Shown here one piece after another: positions 29,641-39,138 of a stretch of DNA of 64,000 nucleotides. The position numbers and the translations under genes are program-made. The stretch is from a virus. The stretch is from the IMG/VR virus record IMGVR_UViG_3300044833_000182, positions 1 to 64,000 of that record; one strand, given 5' to 3'. The number at the start of each line of letters is the position of its first letter. The stretch's first letter is position 1. The notes below the pieces were generated by a model that saw only the letters and a program-made list of their open reading frames with translations, was not told the origin of the DNA and did no database searches.

Positions 29641-30087
29641 ATGTTCGCACCTGTTTACTACCCCCGGACGTTCTTCCCCGGCCGCTGGTTCCCGCCGGTT
29701 GGCGGGTCTGGCGCGCCTATCCGCGTGATCTCGCTTCGGGGTTGCGTCGGCGTCCCCGTCCAGCAGAGCTTCAGCTTCTTCTGCGGCGACGACGTGCTCC
29801 TGCCCATCACCATCTATCAAGCGGATGGCGTTACTCCGCAGAACATCAGCGGGTGGGGGATACAGATGGTAATCCACCTTCCCGGCGGCCCGCCCATCGT
29901 GACGAAGGCCACGGGCGGCGGCGGGCTGGTGCTGACCACGCCGGCAAGCGGGCTGGTGACGGGAACGATCCTGCGGGCGGACACGGTGAACCTCGCGGCG
30001 GGAGTTTATCTGTTTTTCGTCGAGCGGACGGATGTCAACACGGACGCCGTCCTGTGCTACGGCACGCTGACGCTCAATGGAAAATAA
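29641..30087 (+). CDS. BppU N-terminal-like structural protein
   Basis: GDD..L.ITI..DG.TP.NISG, DT.NLAAGVY, GTLTL. Confidence 0.55.
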   Translation: MFAPVYYPRTFFPGRWFPPVGGSGAPIRVISLRGCVGVPVQQSFSFFCGDDVLLPITIYQADGVTPQNISGWGIQMVIHLPGGPPIVTKATGGGGLVLTTPASGLVTGTILRADTVNLAAGVYLFFVERTDVNTDAVLCYGTLTLNGK

Positions 30088-30195
30088 ACAAGGGCCGCGC
30101 GACCCGTCGGAGATCGTGCGGCCCCTTCTCCCTCCCTCGCTCGCCAACGAGGAGAGGCCGTTGGAATTCTATCGCCCGTCAAGGAGTCTGACAAT

Positions 30196-30651
30196 ATGCA
30201 CTCTCGATCTTGCTTCTTTGCTCTCGCTTTCGCCCGGCTCGCCTCGCTCGCGGCTATCCTCTGTCTCGTCGCCGGGCTGTTCGCCGCGACCGGCACGGCC
30301 GCACCTGTACCGCAACCCAAGCCTGATGCGAAGTCGCCTCCCTCTCACGATGTGATCGGAACCTGGTCGCTAACCTGGATGGGCGAAGGGGGCGGCAATA
30401 GCGTCTGTACGCTGCGCCGGGAAGGCGGGTGGTTCTGCCAGTGGCATGGTATGCCGTGGATCGGCCATTGGAGCCTGGACGGCGACGTACTTACCGTGAC
30501 CGAAGCACTCAAGCCTTCTCGACCAGACAAGATGCCGTCGTGGTACACCTGGAAGGTCACGCTGAAGTCGGGCGGCAAACTGGAGGGCAAGCTGAAAAAC
30601 GGTGGGGCGTTCAAACTGACGCCGGTCAAGAAGGTCAAACCAGACTTTTGA
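30196..30651 (+). CDS. Secreted beta-barrel-like protein with signal peptide
   Basis: Hydrophobic N-terminus then AAPVPQPKP; VIGTW, GHWSLDGDVLTV. Confidence 0.65.
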   Translation: MHSRSCFFALAFARLASLAAILCLVAGLFAATGTAAPVPQPKPDAKSPPSHDVIGTWSLTWMGEGGGNSVCTLRREGGWFCQWHGMPWIGHWSLDGDVLTVTEALKPSRPDKMPSWYTWKVTLKSGGKLEGKLKNGGAFKLTPVKKVKPDF

Positions 30652-30863
30652 CTGCGCGCGGGAACGCCGCCCGGGTCTGCTTCCGGACGGCGCTCCACGG
30701 CGGAGACGGAGATAGAGCGTTCTACATGTGGTCAGGCATGGCGCGGCCTCCTCAAAAGGTGTTGTCTACTTGCGACGGAGATCAGCACATTTTACCGCCG
30801 GCTGCGCGCCGCGGCAAGGCGGCGGGCGCTGGCGGCGTCGCCGCTACTTTCCGCCGGACCGTC

Positions 30864-31160
30864 GTACGCCCAAGTACACCCGACGCCCGAATACACCGCG
30901 TTTCCAAACGACTTGCGGCGACGCGCGGCAGGCACGGCTCCTCTTGCTTTTTCCCGTCTCTCCGGCGTAAACTATCACCACTAACCACGTTCCAGCCGGC
31001 AGGGAGGCCGGACGAGTCAGGCGCCCGCATTGCCTCTTAATCAGCGGGTTGTAGGTTCGAGTCCTACGCGGGGCACTTCGCAAGATCAACCCTCTCTTGA
31101 TCTTGCGACAGCCGCAACAGCAGTCCGCCGCCTCCCGGCCCGGCGCGAAATGGTGTACTT
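30864..31160. repeat. Putative integrase arm-type sites
   Basis: GTACGCC (30864), AAGTACACC (30872), ATACACC (30891) and inverted GGTGTACTT (31152). Confidence 0.55.
31034..31075 (+). other. attP core: 3' half of tRNA-Lys(CTT)
   Basis: CTCTTAA-TCAGC-GGGTT-GTAGG-TTCGAGT-CCTAC-GCGGGGC-A; no 5' half upstream; next to integrase. Confidence 0.9.
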
Positions 31161-31196
31161 TGGCACCATCGCTTCGCGGCAAGGAGGTCCCGTCCG

Positions 31197-32525
31197 ATGA
31201 AAAAGCTACCCCGTCTGTGCATCCACCCTTCCAAGCAGCTCTACTACATCCGGATCGACCGCAAGCCCATCTATCTCGGGAAGGTCGGCGGTCCCGAAGA
31301 AGAGGCGAAGGCCGAAGCCGAACGGCTGCGCGTGCTGGGCGAGTTCCGGGCGACGGGTTCTTACTCCCGGCCGTCAGATTCGGGAGTGCTGATCGCCGTG
31401 CTCGTTGCTGCCTACATGCGCCACGTCGAGGTCCACTACCGCAAGAGGGACGGCCGGCCAACGAGTGAACAGCGGGTGATTGCCCTCGCCCTTCGGCCCC
31501 TGCTGGCCCGCTACGGTCACACGCGCGCCGCGGACTTCGGCCCGCGTGCGCTACAGGCTGTGCAGGCGCTCATGGTGGACGGCTCGTGGATGAGCGAGGC
31601 GGACAGGGAAAGAGCGGGCGAGCGGTACAAGGGGGGCTGGTGCCGGAAGCTCGTCAACGCGAACGTCAACCGGGTGCGGCGGATGTTTAAGTGGGGGGTG
31701 AGTCAGGAGTTGGTCCCCGCGACGGTGCTGGCCAGCCTGGAAACAGTGGCGCCGCTGCTGCAAGGACGGACGGCGGCCCGCGAGACGCGCGAGGTGCCGC
31801 CGGCCCCGCAGGAGTCGATTGACGCCGTACTGATGTACGCCTGCCGGCAGGTCGCCGACATGGTCCGGCTGCAACTCCTGACGGGAGCGCGACCCGGCGA
31901 GGCCGTGCGCGTGCGCCCGGTGGACCTGGACCGCAAGGGTGACGTGCTGGCCCGGGTGGTTGGCGAGGCTGTGCCGATGGGCAAGGTGTGGGTCTGGCTC
32001 CCCGGGCTGGAGGAAATCGAGGGGGCGCTCGAGCAGGACCACAAGACGACGCACCACGAACAGGACCGGGTGATCCCCGTCGGCCCGCAGGCTCAGGCGC
32101 TGCTGGCGCCGTACCTGGCCGGCCGCGATCCGGCTGCCCCGCTGTTCTCGCCTGCGGAGGCGCGAAAAGAGCGCAACGCTGCCCGGCGAGCGGCGCGAAA
32201 GACGCCCGTGCAGCCGTCGCAGCAGGACCGCAGCAAGAAGGACCCGGCGCGGAAGCCTGGCGAGCGCTGGACCACGGAGAGCTACGCTCACGCGATCGCC
32301 AGCGCGATCCGCAAGGCCAACCGGGCGCGAGCGGAGAAGGGACTGCCGCCCGTCGCTCACTTTCACCCTCATCAGCTTCGCCATAACGCGGCGGGAGAAC
32401 TGAAGCGGCAATTCGGCTGGGAAGTTGCCCGAATTGTCTGCGGCCATACGAGCGTCCAGACCACGTCGGGGTACGTCCAGCGCGATCTTCGCGCGGCTTT
32501 CGAGGCCGTTGAGAAGGTCGGTTGA
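31197..32525 (+). CDS. int: Tyrosine integrase
   Basis: TGARPGE, HKT, HQLRH, CGH, Y catalytic pattern. Confidence 0.92.
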   Translation: MKKLPRLCIHPSKQLYYIRIDRKPIYLGKVGGPEEEAKAEAERLRVLGEFRATGSYSRPSDSGVLIAVLVAAYMRHVEVHYRKRDGRPTSEQRVIALALRPLLARYGHTRAADFGPRALQAVQALMVDGSWMSEADRERAGERYKGGWCRKLVNANVNRVRRMFKWGVSQELVPATVLASLETVAPLLQGRTAARETREVPPAPQESIDAVLMYACRQVADMVRLQLLTGARPGEAVRVRPVDLDRKGDVLARVVGEAVPMGKVWVWLPGLEEIEGALEQDHKTTHHEQDRVIPVGPQAQALLAPYLAGRDPAAPLFSPAEARKERNAARRAARKTPVQPSQQDRSKKDPARKPGERWTTESYAHAIASAIRKANRARAEKGLPPVAHFHPHQLRHNAAGELKRQFGWEVARIVCGHTSVQTTSGYVQRDLRAAFEAVEKVG

Positions 32526-32659
32526 CACCGTGGCGCTATAATTCACCTGACGCGCGACGACGGCCGGCTGTCATTCCTGGGAATTGCGAAAAAGGACGTG
32601 ACGCCAGCGCTGCCGCGGTGTTGTAATACCCGCTCGCACCAGGTGGATCTCGTCTTTCA

Positions 32660-33091
32660 ATGTCAGATAGCGAATATCTGCTATTAAGGATGCCCCCTGC
32701 GGCATCCCCCTCCACCGGGCGCATGGAACGGCGTACACTATTTCAGTGTCCCGTGAAACAAGGATTGCGCCCCATGCAGGAATCAGAAGCGGAAGCCTTG
32801 CACCGGCTGGCGGCGCAGGCCCTTCATTACGCAGCCGAGCGGATGACACAGGTTCGGGAGGAACCTGTGTCGGAAGACGCTGCCTCGTCAGAGGAAAAGT
32901 ACCTTCTGTTCTCGCCCACAGAGGAAGCGATTCTCGCCGCCGTGCCCGTCGAAGGTTGGATGACAGCCGAACTGATCGCGGAAGCCATCGACGAACCGCT
33001 GGAGGGCGACCTGAAACCGCTCCTGCGGAACCTCGTGGCCCGCAAGGCGCTGCGCAGCGCGCAGGGTAGGGGCTACCGGCGCCGAGCCTGA
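32660..33091 (+). CDS. Putative winged-helix DNA-binding protein (start uncertain)
   Basis: TAELIAEAI..LRNLVARKAL..GRGYRR. Confidence 0.5.
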   Translation: MSDSEYLLLRMPPAASPSTGRMERRTLFQCPVKQGLRPMQESEAEALHRLAAQALHYAAERMTQVREEPVSEDAASSEEKYLLFSPTEEAILAAVPVEGWMTAELIAEAIDEPLEGDLKPLLRNLVARKALRSAQGRGYRRRA

Positions 33092-33190
33092 ATCCGGCTA
33101 AGGGGGCCTTGCCGCGGCAAAGGGGTCTTAGCGCTAATTCCCGGCTAAAGGGGCTTTTGTTTGCCGCCGCGCCCCGCATATTATTGCGGC

Positions 33191-33457
33191 ATGCTCGATC
33201 CCACGAGAGAGAGACTGATCGGTATGACGGAGGCCGGCCGGCTGATGGGCCGGCACCGCGAGACGATGCGCGCACTGGTGAAGCGCGGGGCGATCGAGGG
33301 CGTGGAGATGGCCGGCCGGCTGTACACGTCGGCGGAGGCAATCCGCCGGGCGGTTGTACCCGTTGAGGAAGGCCCGCAGCCTGCGTCCGCCGTGGACGTG
33401 CAGGCGGACTATCGGCGAGCGATGGACGATCTGCGAAGGCGCGGGATGGTGACGTAG
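33191..33457 (+). CDS. Excisionase-like HTH protein (DUF1580/MerR-like)
   Basis: LIGMTEAGRLMGRHRETMRALVKRG..GRLYTSAEAI. Confidence 0.65.
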   Translation: MLDPTRERLIGMTEAGRLMGRHRETMRALVKRGAIEGVEMAGRLYTSAEAIRRAVVPVEEGPQPASAVDVQADYRRAMDDLRRRGMVT

Positions 33458-33486
33458 CCGCGCCCACTACCCGGAGGACCACGACC

Positions 33487-33759
33487 ATGAGTATCAATGA
33501 CCAGCCCCCGCAGCCGTCCGCCTTCGTTCCCGGCGCCAGCGTGCGGTTGAAGTCCGGCGGCCCGGAGATGCGCGTGGTCGTTACGGTCGGCGGGTGGGTG
33601 TGCTGCGCCTGGGTTGACGCAGACGGCGTGCAGGAGGCGCACACGTTCGACGGCGACGCGCTACAGCCCGTGGACGCTGGCGAGGCGATGGAGAGGCGGG
33701 AGTCGGGCGAGCCCGCGTGGGGTGAGGAACGGGAGGGGGACGGGGAGGAGCAACCGTGA
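33487..33759 (+). CDS. YodC/DUF2158 family protein
   Basis: GASVRLKSGGPEMRV..CAW. Confidence 0.8.
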   Translation: MSINDQPPQPSAFVPGASVRLKSGGPEMRVVVTVGGWVCCAWVDADGVQEAHTFDGDALQPVDAGEAMERRESGEPAWGEEREGDGEEQP

Positions 33760-34364
33760 ACGTACTTCCGGGAGAGAACATCCGCACGCCGGCACTCCAG
33801 GCCGCGAAACTGGCGCTGCTGTTCCGCGGCCTGGCCGATTGGACGGTCGTGTACGATTCAAACGCCGAATACAAGGGCCAGATGACAGTTCACCCAGAAG
33901 AAAAACGGGCGGTGATCTACGCTTGGGGCGAGCTGACCGCGGAGCCGCCCGATTACCTCTTCCACGAGGTGTTGCACGCGGCCTACCGGGCGGCCGTCCG
34001 AAAGGGTTACGACGGCGAGGAGGAGTTCGTCCAGGACGTGTGCGGTATTCTGACCGGGGGAATGACCATGAGCGACGGCGGGCAGTTCAAGGCAAGCGAC
34101 GAGCGGCAATTCCAGCCGGGCGACGTGGTGCGGCTGAAGAGCGGCGGGCCGGCGATGACGGTGATGGAAGCCACGCCCGGCAGATGGATTCACTGCCGCT
34201 GGTTCGTGTTCAGCGAGCAACGGCTCAAGAAGGCTGTGTTCCTTGACGTGTGCCTGAAGAAGGATCCGGGCGAACTGCCCGCGGCAACATCGCCTGCGGT
34301 GGAGGAACTGCGCCGGCACTGCCTCGGACCTGATCGGCCACCGATGTACGGCGGGCAAAAGTAG
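33756..34364 (+). CDS. HExxH zincin-like domain in frame with YodC/DUF2158 domain
   Basis: LFHEVLHAA; FQPGDVVRLKSGGPAMTV..CRWF. Confidence 0.65.
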   Translation: MNVLPGENIRTPALQAAKLALLFRGLADWTVVYDSNAEYKGQMTVHPEEKRAVIYAWGELTAEPPDYLFHEVLHAAYRAAVRKGYDGEEEFVQDVCGILTGGMTMSDGGQFKASDERQFQPGDVVRLKSGGPAMTVMEATPGRWIHCRWFVFSEQRLKKAVFLDVCLKKDPGELPAATSPAVEELRRHCLGPDRPPMYGGQK

Positions 34365-34397
34365 GCTTATTACCTAAAAGCCTATACGGCGGCGGAA

Positions 34398-34590
34398 TGC
34401 TCGAGCAGGGCGGCGGAGACGATGCACGATTATGCTCGAGCATAACTTTCGCGGCTGATGACATCGAATCGCATAATCGGGACCAACTCGAAGTCCTTTG
34501 CCGTCAATAGGTTGCGTTCTCGAGTAGAGGCGGCTCGATCCGGGCGGGCGGTTTCTCGAGAAGCCCGCTCGAGGTAGCGGCTGCTCGAGC
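34398..34590. repeat. Cluster of six CTCGAG palindromes
   Basis: CTCGAG at 34400, 34435, 34519, 34555, 34568, 34584. Confidence 0.8.
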
Positions 34591-34678
34591 TAGCGGCCGG
34601 TTGCTTGCGGGCGGGTGGGGGTGCGAGGGCGGCGAGGGGAAGGCTTGCGGCTCTCCCCCTCGCGGAAGGTGGGATGGG

Positions 34679-35512
34679 TCAGGTGGATTCGATCAGATCC
34701 CACACCCGACGACGGTAGTCTTCCCGGATCGCCTTTGCCCCTTCTGGCGTGATGTGATCGCAGAGTGGCGGAAGGTCGGAGTCGGCTTCTTTCCACGACG
34801 AGACGCCGGGGAATGCCCGCGAGAGGACAGGCCACCAGTGGGGATCGTTCAGCGGAGCGCCCCTTGCGTTCACGTCCCAATAGTCATCGGTTGTGAAGTC
34901 GGCGTCTTGGTCGCCATCGACGAGGGTCTGATGGAGAACGGCGTAATACCAATACCGCGGATCGTCCTCGCACGGCGCGATCTCGACGATGCGAACGACG
35001 GGCTTGCCCATTTCCAAGGGCGTGTGCGTATCGCCCCGATAGGACTTCCCCGGCAGCAAGGGCGGCATCGGAACGGAACCGGGCACAGCGGCCGTCTGTT
35101 CGACAGCCTCTTCGGCGTCCATCTGAGCGAGCGCCGGGGCTTCCGGTTCGACCTGCGGAGCATCCATCTCCGTGAGGAGTTGCAAGGCCCCGTCAACGGT
35201 GAGGGGCGGTTCGCCGGCCTCTTCACGGAGGCGGATCGGCTCTTCGAGACGGTGCCAGTTCTCGGCGAGACGCATGCGCACCTGTGCGGTCCGGAGCGGG
35301 GCGCGGAAATTCTTCTGGACGAAAGGAATCCATCCGCCGTGGCCGACGAGTGGCTTTGCCTCCAAGAGAACGCGGCCGACATGGACGGCGTCGGCGAGAG
35401 AGGCAGTGGTGTGCCGGAGTTCGCTGCTGTAGTAGTCGTTCGCCCGCTGGCACAGCGCAAGCGCCTGCTGCTGGGACGACACGACGATGGCCGGGGGATT
35501 GAGGTTCTTCAC
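34679..35512 (-). CDS. DUF3102 domain protein
   Basis: VGRVLLEAKPLVGHGGWIPFVQKNF..RTAQVRMRLA. Confidence 0.75.
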   Translation of the reverse strand: MKNLNPPAIVVSSQQQALALCQRANDYYSSELRHTTASLADAVHVGRVLLEAKPLVGHGGWIPFVQKNFRAPLRTAQVRMRLAENWHRLEEPIRLREEAGEPPLTVDGALQLLTEMDAPQVEPEAPALAQMDAEEAVEQTAAVPGSVPMPPLLPGKSYRGDTHTPLEMGKPVVRIVEIAPCEDDPRYWYYAVLHQTLVDGDQDADFTTDDYWDVNARGAPLNDPHWWPVLSRAFPGVSSWKEADSDLPPLCDHITPEGAKAIREDYRRRVWDLIEST

Positions 35513-35577
35513 GATGTCTCTCCGTGGAGGATGGGTGAGGCCAAAAGCGCAGGATGTCTGCGCATTTGAGGGACTGC

Positions 35578-35847
35578 TTACCTCTTGTCCGTTGGGTCTG
35601 GATGGTCCTTCTTGAACTTGCCGTAGTCCCGAAGGACGTTGGGGCGGAGGTAGCCGTCGATCATCTGGGCAATCTTCATCCGCTTGTTGCGACTGTCGCG
35701 AGTGAAGAAACACATTTCACGGATCATCTCCAGGAGATCAACAGCGATGCGAGCGGTCTCCGACTCCGGCTCTTTGGACGCATCGTCAGGGGGAGGCGAC
35801 GGAGGCTTCTTGCCCATGATTGGCTCCAGCAAGAACACTGCCGACAT
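35578..35847 (-). CDS. Small repressor-like protein 1 (ribbon-helix-helix-like)
   Basis: GGGAGG RBS; TARIAVDLLEMIREMC; divergent from early operon; paralog of 50894-51175. Confidence 0.6.
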   Translation of the reverse strand: MSAVFLLEPIMGKKPPSPPPDDASKEPESETARIAVDLLEMIREMCFFTRDSRNKRMKIAQMIDGYLRPNVLRDYGKFKKDHPDPTDKR

Positions 35848-35970
35848 TGTGACGCCTCCCGATGTTACCCGCGACAAGTGGAAACGGACAAGCCATTTAA
35901 GTATACCAGGGCGACGATTCTGTGACAAGGGATTTTAGCCCCGATTTCCAGTTTCCAGTCACAAATCACC

Positions 35971-35999
35971 TTGACACCAGTTACTCACCCTGCTAAGAT
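35971..35999 (+). promoter_or_regulatory. Sigma70-type promoter of early operon 1
   Basis: TTGACA-17 bp-TAAGAT. Confidence 0.75.
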
Positions 36000-36045
36000 A
36001 CACATCAGTCACCCAACCACCGCCCGCCCCTCCGGAGCTTCGACC

Positions 36046-36207
36046 ATGACGACCACAAAGACTTTCGCGAAATCGATCAAGTGCCAGGTCTGCGGCTGCA
36101 CCGTGATGGTGGCGCGCACCGCGAGGTTGCCGGTGCGGACGTGTCGGGCGCTGGCCCTGGCGAACCATGTCCAGACACTGCACTCGCACCTGCTGCCGCG
36201 GAAGTGA
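36046..36207 (+). CDS. Small zinc-finger protein
   Basis: CQVC...NHVQTLH. Confidence 0.5.
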   Translation: MTTTKTFAKSIKCQVCGCTVMVARTARLPVRTCRALALANHVQTLHSHLLPRK

Positions 36208-36248
36208 TATTTCCACCTTTGCCTTCGCCTCCTCCGGAGCCTCCCGCC

Positions 36249-36737
36249 ATGTGCGCCACCCCGACCGCCGCCCCCGCGACCCGCCCGACGCCCTGCATCA
36301 TCGCCGCAGGCAGCGTGGTCAGTTTTCAGTGCGCCCACGGCGAACACGCGAGGTGCCGGGTGGAAGCATGTGCCTGCTCCTGCCACAAGCCGAAGACGCC
36401 CGCGGCGGCAACGGTCGCCGCCCGCCCGACGCCCCGCAGCAAGCCCGCCCGCACGCTGCGCATCCTGTGCCGCCCCGCCCCGGGCGAGTTGGTGGTGGAA
36501 GTGACGGCCAGCGACGGCCGGAACATGTATCACGTCTTCGCCTGCCCGCCGTTCAGCGGCACGGGGCGCGCGTGGATCTGGCAGGGGCTCGGCCGCAAGA
36601 CCGGGTCGCGCTACGAAGTGAATATGGGCAGTGGCAGCGGCGACGGGCAGGGCGGGTCGTGCGAGTGCAGGTCGCGGGTGACGTGCCGCCACCGCAGCGC
36701 CACCGAAGCCTTGTTGGCGCGCGGCGACCTGTCCTGA
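36249..36737 (+). CDS. SWIM-type zinc-finger protein
   Basis: YEV..SCECRSRVTCRH. Confidence 0.6.
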   Translation: MCATPTAAPATRPTPCIIAAGSVVSFQCAHGEHARCRVEACACSCHKPKTPAAATVAARPTPRSKPARTLRILCRPAPGELVVEVTASDGRNMYHVFACPPFSGTGRAWIWQGLGRKTGSRYEVNMGSGSGDGQGGSCECRSRVTCRHRSATEALLARGDLS

Positions 36738-36774
36738 TTGTTGCCTCACACCCTTTACCTCGGAGGATCGAGAG

Positions 36775-37044
36775 ATGGCAGACCATACACCCGGCCCGTG
36801 GAAAGTGCTGCCGAAGAGCAGCCACCTCAGCATCATGGAAGGCGACGAGTGGAGCGCCGTCCCTATCTGCGATGTCTATATCGCGTCGCGCCCAGACGAG
36901 GGGAAAGCCAACGCCCGGCTGATCGCCGCCGCGCCAACGATGTACGACCTGTTGCACGAGATCCGGCATCGTGTCCCGGCCGGCAGCGAAACGCACGGGT
37001 TGATTGCCGCCGTGCTGGACGAGATCGACAACGGCGCGCCCTGA
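36775..37044 (+). CDS. Conserved phage protein
   Basis: HTPGPW...ANARLIAAAP motif. Confidence 0.75.
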   Translation: MADHTPGPWKVLPKSSHLSIMEGDEWSAVPICDVYIASRPDEGKANARLIAAAPTMYDLLHEIRHRVPAGSETHGLIAAVLDEIDNGAP

Positions 37045-37157
37045 CCGCTAACCCAGCCCGCCCCTCGCCCCCCCCCTCGCCCCCGGGGAGTGCAGCCCGT
37101 CCGCCCCCGGCGGCGTCCTCCCGCGACGACGAGTAACCCAAACACTACTGGAGCGAC

Positions 37158-37346
37158 ATGAGCATTAACGAGGCTGTGGAATCTCTGAGGCAGAAACTTG
37201 GAGAACCCGACGTGTTCATCGTCCGCCATGACGGCACGACGATAACGGTCGATGTGAACTTCGTCTACCGGGTCGAGGAAGTGAAAGCACTTGGCGACAA
37301 GTGGCAGGATTTCCCCCTGCAAATCGGTAGGCGAAGTTGTTGGTGA
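37158..37346 (+). CDS. Hypothetical protein
   Basis: GGAG RBS. Confidence 0.5.
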   Translation: MSINEAVESLRQKLGEPDVFIVRHDGTTITVDVNFVYRVEEVKALGDKWQDFPLQIGRRSCW

Positions 37347-37476
37347 GAACACAGTGCGGCGCGTCCGCCCCCGGCGGCGTGTGGCCGGGGAGTAAGGAGT
37401 CCAAGCTATCACCGAACTTCACGCCGACAACCTGAGCAACCGCCTGCGGGAATGCTCCTTCTCGTTCGATCGGGCA

Positions 37477-37926
37477 ATGGCTTCCGGAAACTGGCCAGCC
37501 GCCATGCGCCTGTGGCTTGATCTCCTCGCCGCTTACAGTACGGTCATTCGCGAGGCGCGGTCGGCCAGCGTCGAGAATGACGCCCTGTCCGCGGAACTGA
37601 AGGTCTACCGCCCTACCCGCACCGGCCGGCCAGCAGCGCCATTCCTCGAACGGCACATCTACGTCTTCACGGCGCGATCTCCGTGGGTGTGCGCGGCGGT
37701 GGAGTTGCGTCAGACAATTCAGATACCACCTATCTTTGGAGGCGGATATTATCAGGAGCATTACGTTCCAGAGAAAAAGACGGTGTGCGGGAAAACAACG
37801 TCCTACCCGGTGTCGGAGCGGTTTACGTCGGGCGGGTGGCCGCGCCTGCATGAGTTGTGCCCCGAATGCACGACGGCGCTCGTCAAGGCGGGAGCATTCC
37901 CCGTCGAACCTATCACCGGTAGTTGA
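37477..37926 (+). CDS. Hypothetical protein (start uncertain)
   Basis: ORF in operon; LCPEC. Confidence 0.5.
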   Translation: MASGNWPAAMRLWLDLLAAYSTVIREARSASVENDALSAELKVYRPTRTGRPAAPFLERHIYVFTARSPWVCAAVELRQTIQIPPIFGGGYYQEHYVPEKKTVCGKTTSYPVSERFTSGGWPRLHELCPECTTALVKAGAFPVEPITGS

Positions 37927-37935
37927 GGAGTCAAC

Positions 37936-38286
37936 ATGCCGACTGAACCACCAGCCCCGCTGTCCAGCGCCGAGGGCGCCGTCCTCTACCTCTTGCGGCG
38001 CATCGCCCGCGATCCGGGCCTGCGCTGGCTAATGCTCCACACCCAGGCGTTCGGCAAGCTATGCGAGGCGGAAGCTCTTCGCACCGAAACGACGGTGGAC
38101 GCTGTCGAGAAGAAATACGGCGTGCCGTGCCAGGAGGGGAGCGTCGAACTGGTCCGGCTGCGGAAGGTCAAGGAGGCAGCGGAAACGCTGATCGAGTTTA
38201 TCGAGCAAGACGGCGGGAAACTACTCTTCAAGGAATCCAGTGTTGTGCTGGATCTGCGCGCCGCCCTGTCGAAAGACGGTGAGTGA
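37936..38286 (+). CDS. Hypothetical protein
   Basis: GAGGAG RBS. Confidence 0.6.
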   Translation: MPTEPPAPLSSAEGAVLYLLRRIARDPGLRWLMLHTQAFGKLCEAEALRTETTVDAVEKKYGVPCQEGSVELVRLRKVKEAAETLIEFIEQDGGKLLFKESSVVLDLRAALSKDGE

Positions 38287-38378
38287 CGGCCGGCAAGCAG
38301 CGTCAGGGCGAGAACGAAGCGGCGGCCCGCGCGGGCGCCGGTGTACGGGGAAGCGGAGACCTTTTAAGGAGAATCACG

Positions 38379-38816
38379 ATGGAGAACTGGCGGAAGGTGT
38401 TTCGCGACGGTCTGGCTCCCCTGCTCTCCGTGGAGCATTTGGAGGCTTTGAAAGAGGCGCTGGAGAGTGACGATCCTGCTCTGCTGCAAGGCTCAACAAT
38501 GATGCCTCCATTTTACCGATCTGAATGGTTGGTGGAAGGCGCATGCTTGCTGGCTTACCCATACGCGGCTGTCAATGGAGGTTTTCTGCACGACGACGAT
38601 CCCTCCGAACTCAACATTGAAGCGGCGCAGGCTGGCGACGTTGAGGCATTCTTCGCGCAAACGTGTTCTGGCATCGATCAACGGCTGGCGGACGCGGAAG
38701 AACCAACACCCCACCAACTCCTGCTGGAATGGTTTGACGAGACGCCGCGCGACGAGATGCGCATCAACCTCCTTCCTGAAATCGAGCGCGAACTGACGCG
38801 GCGCGGCGGTCTCTGA
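38379..38816 (+). CDS. Hypothetical protein
   Basis: AAGGAG RBS; MENWRKVFRDGLAP. Confidence 0.65.
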   Translation: MENWRKVFRDGLAPLLSVEHLEALKEALESDDPALLQGSTMMPPFYRSEWLVEGACLLAYPYAAVNGGFLHDDDPSELNIEAAQAGDVEAFFAQTCSGIDQRLADAEEPTPHQLLLEWFDETPRDEMRINLLPEIERELTRRGGL

Positions 38817-38844
38817 CTCCTGACTTCCCGGCCGGAGTCCACGG

Positions 38845-39120
38845 ATGGCGACGTATCCGATCACCGGCCCAGACGCTCAGATCCTTAACGCTGGAGCGGT
38901 ATGTACCTACCTCGGTTGCGAGTTGCGCACTCTCCGCCGCTGGATCGAGGCCGGCCGCTTTCCCCGGCCCCGGCGCGTCGGCCGAACGCGGTTCTGGACC
39001 GGGCAGGACATTGCCGCCTATCTGTCCCTTGAAGGCCGGTATGTCGTCGGCCCGCAGGAAACTGATGACGAGGAACCGCCGAAAAAAAGCAAAAAGAAGG
39101 GCGAAACGCCGCCCGGGTAA
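38845..39120 (+). CDS. AlpA/excisionase-like HTH protein
   Basis: VCTYLGCELRTLRRWIEAGRFPRPRRVGRTRFW. Confidence 0.8.
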   Translation: MATYPITGPDAQILNAGAVCTYLGCELRTLRRWIEAGRFPRPRRVGRTRFWTGQDIAAYLSLEGRYVVGPQETDDEEPPKKSKKKGETPPG

Positions 39121-39138
39121 AGGATTCTTTCGGTGTCA

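Noticed and set aside
30722-30752. Minus-strand GAGGAGG RBS with ATG
   Set aside because: Reads only MPDHM then TAG; other genes end normally at TAG, so no sign of recoding
31034-31075. Functional tRNA-Lys gene
   Set aside because: No D-arm or 5' acceptor strand; upstream bases do not pair with the anticodon stem
32522-32542. Perfect TTGACA and TATAAT hexamers
   Set aside because: Spacer is only 9 bp; TTGACA overlaps the integrase stop codon
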